Assembly: GCA_016933115.1 (NCBI GenBank)
Contig: JAFGBL010000172.1
Location: 76 to 64,075 of the forward strand
DNA length: 64,000 bases
Source: Bacteroidales bacterium
GTDB taxonomy: Bacteria > Bacteroidota > Bacteroidia > Bacteroidales > JAADJA01
Direction: 5' to 3'
Under the pieces are notes generated by a model. It saw nothing but the letters and a program-made list of their open reading frames with translations. It made no database searches and was not told the origin of the DNA. This document shows positions 43,424 through 52,254 of the stretch, piece after piece (position 1 is the first letter of the stretch; each line of letters begins with the position of its first letter). The position numbers and the translations under genes are program-made.

Positions 43424-44692
43424 ATGAATATGAAAAAAGGTCACAAATTGATGAAGTTAATGCAGATCATATTATTGATTGGGTGCATTTCGTTTCAACT
43501 AAAATCAAATGCCCAAAGCGGTTTAAAATCCGACACGGTGTCAAAATTGCCCGACAGCATCATGCAATACATTACACCCCTGGATTATGCATTTATGATG
43601 CACGAGGAAACATCGTGGTTGTTAAAGGGATTTATCTCAACAGACCCCCGGTATGATGACCGACTGCATTTGAAAGTTGCTTTTGAAAAAAGAATCACTC
43701 CAGTTTTTACCTTAAATTTTTCAGCTGATAATTCATCTTCAGATCTATTTCTTTGGGCTCCTGAAAATGATGTATTCAAATTATCAATGGATACACGGTG
43801 GTATTATTCACAAAACAAAAAGGTAAACCAAAGTAAAGTTGCCAGAAGCATGTCAGATAATTATATTTCCCTGGGACTAGAATATATACACTTCTATGAG
43901 TACTATCCTGAACATTTTGATTACGATCAAAATTATTTTTCAATAAATTCAAAATGGGGATTACAAAGAAGATTGTTAAAGCATGGCATTGTTGATATAG
44001 GGTTCAAAACCGGGATCGTATTTGGGGCACAGAACTACAGTACACCCTCATTTACCTTTAACACATATATTGATCTGGGACTTGCTCTAACCAAAGATAA
44101 ATACACCCTGGACCGGGAAAAACTATGTCCTGTCCTCAGGTGTTATGAATCGCAGAAATATCTGCTAAAAACTGATTTCAGTCAACTTATTAATTTTTCG
44201 TTTTTACAAAAAGATATTTATTTCGAGATATCACCTAAAATTGCATTTGAATATAAAATCGGGAGCAGTCCTTTCTCACTTAATACGGAATTGGGAGGTG
44301 GTTTTATGTTTTATAATCATAAAAATCCATCTAATCAAAAAGGATTTACGCAAAGTATTTTGCATAATGAATACAAGAACTGGAGAATATATATTGAACT
44401 TGAAAGCAGGTGGTATTATAACCTTCATCGCAGAATTCTGAAGGGCAAATCGGGGAATGGGCTATCTGCCAGTTATATTGCCATTGGGGGGAGCTATAAG
44501 TATTTCAAAGAGAACTGGGTACCTGAAGGATACTATTACCCTAAAGCATATGTTGTTGGCGGTTGGCAAAGACTTTTTACGAAACATTTATATTTCGATA
44601 TTCAGCTGGGATTTGAACAAACATTTCAAACTGAATATACCCAGGGTGGTTTGGATCCCCGCATTAAAATCACCCTGGGTTACAGATTCTAA
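43424..44692 (+). CDS. Predicted outer membrane protein with two tandem beta-barrel-like repeats (paralog 1)
   Basis: Signal peptide; RWYY..SxxY..xQRxx motifs occur twice; terminal LGYRF. Confidence 0.7.
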   Translation: MNMKKGHKLMKLMQIILLIGCISFQLKSNAQSGLKSDTVSKLPDSIMQYITPLDYAFMMHEETSWLLKGFISTDPRYDDRLHLKVAFEKRITPVFTLNFSADNSSSDLFLWAPENDVFKLSMDTRWYYSQNKKVNQSKVARSMSDNYISLGLEYIHFYEYYPEHFDYDQNYFSINSKWGLQRRLLKHGIVDIGFKTGIVFGAQNYSTPSFTFNTYIDLGLALTKDKYTLDREKLCPVLRCYESQKYLLKTDFSQLINFSFLQKDIYFEISPKIAFEYKIGSSPFSLNTELGGGFMFYNHKNPSNQKGFTQSILHNEYKNWRIYIELESRWYYNLHRRILKGKSGNGLSASYIAIGGSYKYFKENWVPEGYYYPKAYVVGGWQRLFTKHLYFDIQLGFEQTFQTEYTQGGLDPRIKITLGYRF

Positions 44693-44727
44693 TTTCTTAA
44701 CAAAACCATGCAAAAAGAATAATAAAT

Positions 44728-46026
44728 ATGGTCAAACCCTGCAATTTGATATTGAAAGCCACGATTGCGATGATCATCGTTTTAATGAACTCATACTATA
44801 TTTACCCTCAGAACACTTTAGTCAGCGATACCTTAATACAACCACCTGACAGCATCATGCAATACATCACACCACTGGAGTACGCTTTTATGATGCACGA
44901 GGAGACGAATTGGATCATCAAGGCAAATGCCCTGGTGAATACACAATTCGGTAATCTATTGAATTATAAACTGGGCCTGGAACAACGGTTAACACCGAGT
45001 TTTACATTAAACATCAGTTTGGCCGGGTCCGTAGCATGGATATCAGAGAAACTTTACCATTCCGATTATATTAATGCAGCTATGGAGGCCAGGTGGTATT
45101 ACCGTTTAAAACAAAGGAGAATTCAGAATAAACTGGCGATGAGTATGTCGGATAATTACATTGCACTCGGAATTAGTGATGCGCATTTGATGAATAAAGC
45201 TGTTACAGAAAATGTTATTATTCCGCAGTATCATGATTACCTGAATTTTTATCTGAAATGGGGATTTCAGAGACGATTTTTAAAATCAGGACATGCCGAT
45301 TTCGGCATAAGTGCAGGAGTTATTAAACCTATGGCAAAAAATTCAAATTATTCTTTAAGTCTCAGCACTTATGTTGATTTAGGTTTTGCACTTGCAAGAG
45401 ACAAATATAACCTTAAACAGGAATTCATTTGTCCTGTGATGAAGTGTTATGAAAACAGGAACTATGTCCTGAAATCAAATTTGAGCCATTTAGTAACTAT
45501 TGTTATTGATGAATGGATTAGCGGTTTTGGACTGGATCCAAATATCTCCTTTGAACATAAAATCAATCAATCATCTTTTTCTGTTAATTCCGAATTGAGT
45601 GCACAATTTTCTTTTTCACGGTTCAAATTAACGGAAAATTCAGCCTATTTATCCGACTCGGCTGTTAGGACAGGATACAGAACGGATAATGAGAAAAACT
45701 ATTCAACAGACATAAACATAGTATTTTTGGCAGAAGGAAGATGGTATTACAACCTGAAAAGCCGGATGTTTAAAGGCAAATGCGGAAACAGCTTATCGGC
45801 TGATTATGCTGCATTTGGTGCAGTCTACCAATTTACAAGTGATGAATTGTATAACCGTTTCGGATATAATCGGCCCTTTATTTTCCTTAAAGCCGGATGG
45901 CAGAGGTTATTTAGCGAACATCTCTACTACGACATCCGCTTAGGAGCGGAGTATTATTTTAAAGATGATAAATATAAGGGAGAAATTAAACCATTAATCA
46001 GCATTGCTGTAGGTTTCCAGTTATAA
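44728..46026 (+). CDS. Predicted outer membrane protein with two tandem beta-barrel-like repeats (paralog 2)
   Basis: Same architecture as paralog 1; shares PDSIMQYITPL(D/E)YAFMMHEET. Confidence 0.7.
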   Translation: MVKPCNLILKATIAMIIVLMNSYYIYPQNTLVSDTLIQPPDSIMQYITPLEYAFMMHEETNWIIKANALVNTQFGNLLNYKLGLEQRLTPSFTLNISLAGSVAWISEKLYHSDYINAAMEARWYYRLKQRRIQNKLAMSMSDNYIALGISDAHLMNKAVTENVIIPQYHDYLNFYLKWGFQRRFLKSGHADFGISAGVIKPMAKNSNYSLSLSTYVDLGFALARDKYNLKQEFICPVMKCYENRNYVLKSNLSHLVTIVIDEWISGFGLDPNISFEHKINQSSFSVNSELSAQFSFSRFKLTENSAYLSDSAVRTGYRTDNEKNYSTDINIVFLAEGRWYYNLKSRMFKGKCGNSLSADYAAFGAVYQFTSDELYNRFGYNRPFIFLKAGWQRLFSEHLYYDIRLGAEYYFKDDKYKGEIKPLISIAVGFQL

Positions 46027-46235
46027 CCTTAACAATTTCACCTGCATGGTAAATTGTAATATCTGAATCTTGAATTTAAGTCAACCAACTTTGCGATTTG
46101 AAATTTCCATTTTTCAATTTGCATTTCAAATCCCTGCTATGTGGAAGCCAAATGTTTATTGAAAACGCTGTCAAAAATTGAAAATGCGCACCATAAGTGT
46201 TCAACGTAATAGTAGAAGACCATTTTAAAAATTCC

Positions 46236-46316
46236 TTCATCCTTTTCACAAAATGCTTTGAATCATCCCACTCACCCAACCTGATCCTGTATCCTTTAAA
46301 ATTCCCGGATTCATTG
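46236..46316 (-). pseudogene. Diverged remnant copy of the hydE 3' end
   Basis: Ungapped 81 bp match to 46585-46665 (57/81 identical by hand count). GYRIRLGEWDDSKHF versus GYKIKLGEWGDSRHF. Confidence 0.75.
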
Positions 46317-46359
46317 TCCTTATGGATTATCAAGGTACAAAATCGTTAATTTTAACATT

Positions 46360-46552
46360 GTGCACCTACGGAGCACCGAAAAGGTATTGATGTATTTTTC
46401 TACCAACATTAAGCCCCTCCGGGGCTACAGGAAATTTGCAGTTTGCACATTATTTTTTGCAATTTGAAATTTTAAAACCAAGGCACCGTAGGTGCCAAAT
46501 ATGGGTAGAAAAATTTGGTGGAAGGAGAAATGGCGCGCCGTAGGTGCGCCAT
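46360..46552. repeat. Inverted pair of REP-like doublets (REPIN/BIME-like)
   Basis: Hairpins GTGCACCTACGGAGCAC, AGCCCCTCCGGGGCT, GGCACCGTAGGTGCC and ATGGCGCGCCGTAGGTGCGCCAT, with inverted linkers TTTTCTACCAACATT / AATATGGGTAGAAAA. Confidence 0.75.
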
Positions 46553-46580
46553 ATCTGAAATGAAAACCAATGCTAATAAA

Positions 46581-47663
46581 TCAATTCACCCGCCTCGCAA
46601 AATGCCTTGAATCCCCCCATTCCCCCAATTTAATCTTATAACCATTCAGCATATCCGATTCATTGATCTTCCGGATCAGATCATCCGCTTCGGTGAGGTA
46701 AGGTTTGTTTTCATAGAGGAAATAGTTCTCCCGGTATTTTAAGGGCGTTAGGTTCGGCATTAATACATTGGCACCGGCACGAATGGCTTGCAGCCGGCCA
46801 TCATCCACAAGGGAATCGAGTGCGGTGGCGGCGGCAATGTTGATGTCGGGCATCAAGATTCGTAAAACTGAAATCGTTAGCAGGGAAAGCTCCAGCCTTT
46901 CTTTTTTTGGCAATAATTGGTCCCTGGATTCAAATAACGGCGTATCCTTATGTTCGATATAGGGCCCCATGCCCACCATGTCGACATTGAGGGTTTTCAG
47001 CATCAGAAGGTCATCGACAAGGTTTCCGATGGTTTGGCCGGGCAGTCCGATCATCATGCCTGAGCCTACCTGATAACCGGTTTCTTTTAAATATTGCAAT
47101 GAATTCAACCGGTTAAGCAGGAAATGTTTTTTGTTGTTGGGATGGATCTTATAATACAACTCCGGATCTGAGGCTTCGAACCGCAACAGGTAACGATGGG
47201 CTCCGCTGTCGAACCACCTCTTATAAGTTTCTTTGGTTTGATCTCCGCAGGAAAGGGTGATCCCGAGTTTGCCTTTCGATAGCATTTTAATCTTTTGAAC
47301 CAGGTTACTGATGATTTCGATAAATTCCTGATCCGTCCGTTCTCCCGACTGTATCACCACTGAACCATAGTTGTTCTCAAAAGCATATTCGGCACAACGA
47401 AGCACTTCCTCTTCCTCGATACAGTAGCGTTCCACGTTTTTATTCCCCGCACGGATACCGCAATAGAAGCAGTTTTTTTCGCAGATATTCGAAAACTCGA
47501 TCAGTCCGCGGAGGTAAATTTCATTCCCGACTAATTCCGCTCTGACTTCCATAGCTTTTTGAAAGATCAAATCCCGCTCATTCTGATTTTGCACCGAAAG
47601 CAACCGGATCAGGTCTTCGCGCGAAAGCGATTCTTTTTCCAATATATGGGTTATGTCAGGCAT
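46581..47663 (-). CDS. hydE: [FeFe]-hydrogenase maturase HydE (radical SAM)
   Basis: RGLIEFSNICEKNCFYC, RYLLRFE, GANVLMPN and YFLYENK motifs; adjacent to hydF and hydG. Confidence 0.95.
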   Translation of the reverse strand: MPDITHILEKESLSREDLIRLLSVQNQNERDLIFQKAMEVRAELVGNEIYLRGLIEFSNICEKNCFYCGIRAGNKNVERYCIEEEEVLRCAEYAFENNYGSVVIQSGERTDQEFIEIISNLVQKIKMLSKGKLGITLSCGDQTKETYKRWFDSGAHRYLLRFEASDPELYYKIHPNNKKHFLLNRLNSLQYLKETGYQVGSGMMIGLPGQTIGNLVDDLLMLKTLNVDMVGMGPYIEHKDTPLFESRDQLLPKKERLELSLLTISVLRILMPDINIAAATALDSLVDDGRLQAIRAGANVLMPNLTPLKYRENYFLYENKPYLTEADDLIRKINESDMLNGYKIKLGEWGDSRHFARRVN

Positions 47664-48867
47664 ACACTTTCCGGAAAGGTTCCGTTACACGATCAAACAT
47701 ACCATTCACCCAGGCAATGGCCATACCGTAGTTGGAGATGGCAATTTCGGCATCTTTGGCAGGTTTCAGGCGGCTCCACAATTGTTTTCTTGTCACCATG
47801 CAGCCACCGCACTGGATCAGAAGTTTGTAGTCTTCCGGGTCACGGGTGATCTTGTCCAGACCGGCCACGATGTCGAAATCTATTTTTTTCCCGGTATATT
47901 CACTGATCCATTTCGGAAGTTTATAACGCCCGATATCGTCGCAGTTCACCTGGTGCGTGCATGATTCGAGGATCAGTACCCGGTCCCCATCCTGCAATTC
48001 CCCGATCTTCGGGGTTCCTTTCAGATAAGCCTCAAAATCGCCCCTGAACCGGGCCAGCATTATGCTGAAGCTCGTAAACGGAACAAAAGCCGGCACAATG
48101 TCTTTCATTTTTCCAAACACCTGGCTGTCGGTAATAGCGAGCTTGGGTTTGATGCCTGAAGTTTTGAAAAAATTCTCCACCTGGTCTTCCTTCAGCACAA
48201 TGTTGATGGCGTCGTTATCGAGCACATCGCGGATGGCCATCACCTGAGGCAGGATCATCCGTCCATCGGGCGCTTCATTGTCGATGGGGGTGATGAGCAG
48301 CACGTAATCGCCTTTTCCGATAAGATCGCCCAGTAATTTTGGTTTTTGAAAAACCGATTCGGGTATGGTGTTTTTTAAAGATGCAATTACCTTTTCCAGG
48401 TTATGTTTTTCTCTGGCGCTGAAATCGGTGAGTTCAGCCTTTGTGATCGTCTCAACACGGATCCGGGTTTTATCTTCCAGCGGTTGTTCGTCTGATTTAT
48501 TATGAACAAGGATATACGGAACTTCAAAATTATCAAAGGTTTTGATCAAATCTTCTTCAAACCCTTCGAACGTATTTTCTGAGATCATCAACACGGCACA
48601 ATCCACGGTTTTGAGAACCTGCAGTGATTTTTCAATCCGCTTTTCCCCGAGTTCCCCCACGTCATCAATTCCGGCAGTATCCACCACGATAGCCGGCCCG
48701 ATCCCGAATATCTCGATGGATTTTTTCACCGGGTCCGTAGTCGTGCCAGCCTGTTCGGAAACAATGGCGATCTCTTGTCCGACCAGCGCATTGATGAATG
48801 AGCTTTTGCCGGTGTTTCGCCTTCCGAATATGCCGATGTGGGGTTTGTTGTCGCGGGTTCTGTTCAT
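47656..48867 (-). CDS. hydF: [FeFe]-hydrogenase maturation GTPase HydF
   Basis: GRRNTGKSS, GTTTDPV, GRMILPQ, ESCTH..DIG and CGGCM motifs. Confidence 0.96.
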   Translation of the reverse strand: MNRTRDNKPHIGIFGRRNTGKSSFINALVGQEIAIVSEQAGTTTDPVKKSIEIFGIGPAIVVDTAGIDDVGELGEKRIEKSLQVLKTVDCAVLMISENTFEGFEEDLIKTFDNFEVPYILVHNKSDEQPLEDKTRIRVETITKAELTDFSAREKHNLEKVIASLKNTIPESVFQKPKLLGDLIGKGDYVLLITPIDNEAPDGRMILPQVMAIRDVLDNDAINIVLKEDQVENFFKTSGIKPKLAITDSQVFGKMKDIVPAFVPFTSFSIMLARFRGDFEAYLKGTPKIGELQDGDRVLILESCTHQVNCDDIGRYKLPKWISEYTGKKIDFDIVAGLDKITRDPEDYKLLIQCGGCMVTRKQLWSRLKPAKDAEIAISNYGMAIAWVNGMFDRVTEPFRKVYA

Positions 48868-48951
48868 TGTAGTTTGATTTAGTAAAAAATGGTCAGCAGT
48901 CCTTTCGGGCCGCCGACCTTGCTACGACAAATTAAATTTAAAAGTGTGTGT

Positions 48952-49029
48952 ATCGTTATTACCCTTACTACTGGGGAAGATTGCTTCGCTCCTGCGCACA
49001 AGCCAACTGTACTGGCTCGCAATGACGAT
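48952..49029. repeat. Partial copy of a palindromic intergenic element
   Basis: AGATTGCTTCG...CTCGCAATGACG matches the right arm of the element at 51736-51814; the left arm is mostly lost. Confidence 0.6.
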
Positions 49030-49053
49030 CGGATATGTGTGTTGTTTTTCATA

Positions 49054-50481
49054 TTAAAAATAAATATCCCGTTCACCCTGTTTGATCTTCTCAATGCGGT
49101 TGAGTAACTCATCCTTCCTTCCAAAACCATTCAGTTTTTCGATGTTTTCATGAACCACCTTCCAGCCTTTGATCCGGGTTTCGACCGGTGCATAATCGAG
49201 CAGGTACTCCACCAGCGTGAGGATGGCATTTGGGGTGCAATATCTTTTGATGAATCCCGGCACTGAAAACTCCATAAAATGCTGGCCTGTTCTGCCTTTC
49301 CGGTAACAGGCCGTGCAAAACGAAGGCAGGTATCCATGATCCAGCAACTCATCTATCACCTCATTCAAACTCCGGTCATCGCGGATCAGAAATTGCTCTT
49401 TGTCGAGATTCTGAGCCTTGTTGAATTCTTCTGCATAAGCGCCCAGTTCGATCTTTGTTCCGGCATCTATTTGCGAACAACCGAATTGCAGCACCTCATC
49501 CCTCACCTCCTTCGGCTCTCTTGCTGTCAGTATCATACCGGTGTAAGGAACGGCCAGCCTTAGAATAGCAATGATCCTGACAAACTCCTCATCCGAAACC
49601 AGGTAATCCTCATCAATGTCAATATCCGAAGCATTTTGCAAACGCGGAAATGAAATGGTATGGGGACCCACATTATAACAGGCTTCCAGATGGTTCACAT
49701 GCCTTACCAACCCCATCACCTCGTATCGCCAGTCGTATAATCCAAATAAAGCCCCGATTCCCACATCATCAATTCCGGCTTCAAAAGCAGTATCGAGCGA
49801 AGTGAGCCGGTATTCATAATCTGCCTTTTTCCCACCCTGATGGTATTTCCGGTATGTATCCGGATGATAGGTTTCCTGAAAAATCTGGTAAGTCCCGATG
49901 CCGGCTTCATGTACTTTTTTAAATCCATCCAGGTCCATGGGGGCCGCATTGATGTTTACCCGCCTGATCTCGCCGTTTCCTTTTTTCACCTGGTAAACCG
50001 TTCGAACCGTTTCAGCAATATAATCAGCCGAATAATTTTTGTGTTCCCCAAAAACCAGGATCAAACGTTTTTGCCCGTTTTCTTCCAGCGCTTCCACATT
50101 TTTCACGATCTCATCATGACTCAAAGTTCTTCGTTCAGCATGGGGATTAGACGCTCTGAACCCGCAGTATTTGCAGTTGTTTGAGCAGAAATTCCCGATA
50201 TAAAGCGGGGCAAACAATACAATTCGGTTTCCGTAAACATTTTCCTTCAGCGTTTTTGCTCCCTCTTTGATCAGTTCAATCAGTTCGGGGTCGGTGGTAT
50301 TTACCAGCACCGCCACATCCTGAAGGCTCAGCCTTTGTTTGCTGAGTGATTTTTCAATGATCTTTCCAACCACTTTACGGTCGGAAACAGCCGTTCCCAG
50401 CATCTTTTCAATTTCATCTGCATCTATGAACGGAATCCCGGGACGGTCTTCTATGTTATATTTTTCTGGTGTGAACTTCAT
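49054..50481 (-). CDS. hydG: [FeFe]-hydrogenase maturase HydG (radical SAM)
   Basis: FAPLYIGNFCSNNCKYC, FQETY, GPHTISFPR and the C-terminal CTACYR...CTPNA cluster. Confidence 0.97.
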   Translation of the reverse strand: MKFTPEKYNIEDRPGIPFIDADEIEKMLGTAVSDRKVVGKIIEKSLSKQRLSLQDVAVLVNTTDPELIELIKEGAKTLKENVYGNRIVLFAPLYIGNFCSNNCKYCGFRASNPHAERRTLSHDEIVKNVEALEENGQKRLILVFGEHKNYSADYIAETVRTVYQVKKGNGEIRRVNINAAPMDLDGFKKVHEAGIGTYQIFQETYHPDTYRKYHQGGKKADYEYRLTSLDTAFEAGIDDVGIGALFGLYDWRYEVMGLVRHVNHLEACYNVGPHTISFPRLQNASDIDIDEDYLVSDEEFVRIIAILRLAVPYTGMILTAREPKEVRDEVLQFGCSQIDAGTKIELGAYAEEFNKAQNLDKEQFLIRDDRSLNEVIDELLDHGYLPSFCTACYRKGRTGQHFMEFSVPGFIKRYCTPNAILTLVEYLLDYAPVETRIKGWKVVHENIEKLNGFGRKDELLNRIEKIKQGERDIYF

Positions 50482-50504
50482 TGTCGTAGTCTTTTGTAGC
50501 TTTT

Positions 50505-51623
50505 TTAGTCCGGAATGGTCACCGTAAACTTTGAACCCACATCGGGCTGACTTTCCACCCTGATCTCCCCATCGTACAATTCCACCAGTTTTTTCACGAT
50601 GGAAAGCCCTAACCCGCTGCCGGTTATATTTTTTGTTTTCATGTTTTTGATCCTCACAAATTCACCGAAAAGTTTGGAAACCTCCTCTTCGGTCATCCCG
50701 ATGCCGGTGTCTGCCACCGTAATCTCCAGTTTGCCGTTTTGTTTTTTCAGCCCCACAATCACTTCTCCGCCATCGCGGTTGTATTTCACAGCGTTGGAAA
50801 GCAGGTTGTTGAAGATAATCTCGATTTCCCCGCGATCGGCATTGATATAAATCTCCTCTTCCTGAACCGGCTGAATTTTAACATTTCTCTGATTTGCCAA
50901 TGGTTCAATTGTGTCTCTGGCAATTCTAAAAACTTCAGTTATATCCACTGGTCTGAAATCGCGGGTTTTAACTCCAGATTCGATCTTCGTAAGGTCGAGC
51001 AAATCAGAGATAAGCGTTCTCATGCCTTTCAGCCTTTCAAGCGACCGTTCGATCATCATTTTGTAATCCCCGATGTTATCACCGACTTGTTTGTCTTTCA
51101 TGATCTGCAGGTATCCTTCGATTGCATTCACCGGGCTTTTTAACTCATGCGACAGCACCGACAGGAACTGGAAGCGCAATTGTTGTCCTTCCTCATTCAT
51201 TTTCCTGGAGATCCTTTTCAGGAAAAGGTGTTTGGTGATGTTTTCCATCGCGCTCTTCAACTCCTGCGGGGTGAAAGGTTTCGGGACAAAGTTAAAAGCC
51301 CCGTTGTTGGTTGCTTTCACTGCCAGATCGAGAGAAGCATAAGAAGTGATCATCATCACCTCGGCATCATAATTTTTTTTGTTGATATATTCCAGCACCT
51401 CGATGCCGTGGATGCCGGGAAGTTTATTGTCCAGCAAAACGATGTCGATCTGTTGGTTGTCGATGGTCTCAATGGCTTTTTCGCCGGTTTCGGCTTCAAT
51501 GATGCTGAAATCGAAATCTTCATCCATGAATGGGTAGCCCACCGTAAAGTTCTGAAGAATGCGGTTTATTCCTGAGCGGATACCTGGCTCATCGTCGACT
51601 ACAAGTACTTTTAGTGTTGCCAT
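50505..51623 (-). CDS. Hybrid receiver-histidine kinase
   Basis: Receiver (VVDDE, LLDNKLP, PKP), HisKA (SHELKSP) and HATPase (NAVKYN, DTGIG, GSGLGL). Confidence 0.93.
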   Translation of the reverse strand: MATLKVLVVDDEPGIRSGINRILQNFTVGYPFMDEDFDFSIIEAETGEKAIETIDNQQIDIVLLDNKLPGIHGIEVLEYINKKNYDAEVMMITSYASLDLAVKATNNGAFNFVPKPFTPQELKSAMENITKHLFLKRISRKMNEEGQQLRFQFLSVLSHELKSPVNAIEGYLQIMKDKQVGDNIGDYKMMIERSLERLKGMRTLISDLLDLTKIESGVKTRDFRPVDITEVFRIARDTIEPLANQRNVKIQPVQEEEIYINADRGEIEIIFNNLLSNAVKYNRDGGEVIVGLKKQNGKLEITVADTGIGMTEEEVSKLFGEFVRIKNMKTKNITGSGLGLSIVKKLVELYDGEIRVESQPDVGSKFTVTIPD

Positions 51624-51647
51624 TTCAATCGATTTTTGTTTTAAAAA

Positions 51648-51688
51648 GACATGCAGGTATTCAAATCCACAGGTCGAACCTGCATGTC
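51648..51688. repeat. REP-like hairpin
   Basis: GACATGCAGGT / ACCTGCATGTC, an 11 bp perfect inverted repeat. Confidence 0.6.
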
Positions 51689-51735
51689 GTACTAACCAAG
51701 TTACTAATCCATATATTGTGAAAATTTGAAACCGA

Positions 51736-51814
51736 CGTTATTGCGAGGAGGCACGACGAAGCAATCTGTCGGATATTACCACAAGCAGATTGCTTTCCTG
51801 CGCTCGCAATAACG
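51736..51814. repeat. Palindromic intergenic element
   Basis: Outer IR CGTTATTGCGAG/CTCGCAATAACG and inner IR AAGCAATCTG/CAGATTGCTT. Confidence 0.75.
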
Positions 51815-51850
51815 GTGACCAATACTTCTGAGGAGTTCATCATTATTTTA

Positions 51851-52252
51851 CTAAATCTTCAACAATTTATTGATCTCCCTTTGCAACTGATCCGGCCGGA
51901 TGCCTTTTTCGAGGTACTGATCGGCTTTGATCCAATTTCGCTCTTCTTCGGTGTCGAGACCGAAGATCATCCCTGTTTCGGCAGTCACGGCTGTGGCAAT
52001 GATCACCGGTACATCGGGATATTTCTTTTTTATTTTGAAACTGAGGATAAATCCGCTGTCCTGGTTTTCCATCATCAGATCGAAAATGGCCAGGTTGGGC
52101 TTTTCGGTCTCCAGTAACTTTTCTCCTTCTTTCTGGCTTTCGGCTGTGATCGTATCAAATCCGAATCGCTCCACCTGCATCTTCATCTGCGTGAGGCTGT
52201 CGATATCATCGTCAACGATCATGATCTTTTTTCTTGCTTCCATTGCTATCAA
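51851..52252 (-). CDS. Single-domain response regulator
   Basis: IVDDD, FDLMM, AT and EK motifs; no output domain. Confidence 0.9.
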   Translation of the reverse strand: MIAMEARKKIMIVDDDIDSLTQMKMQVERFGFDTITAESQKEGEKLLETEKPNLAIFDLMMENQDSGFILSFKIKKKYPDVPVIIATAVTAETGMIFGLDTEEERNWIKADQYLEKGIRPDQLQREINKLLKI

Positions 52253-52254
52253 AT

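Noticed and set aside
46076-46333. 85 aa ORF as a functional gene
   Set aside because: Only ~27 codons resemble the HydE tail; the rest runs through low-complexity heptamer DNA. Treated as a remnant.
48879-49130. Small ORFs between hydG and hydF (also 51661..51843)
   Set aside because: They run through palindromic repeat elements or overlap real genes, with no coding signal.
46581-50481. bioB and thiH calls for the two radical SAM genes
   Set aside because: HydE- and HydG-specific C-terminal motifs and linkage with hydF and hydA support maturases.
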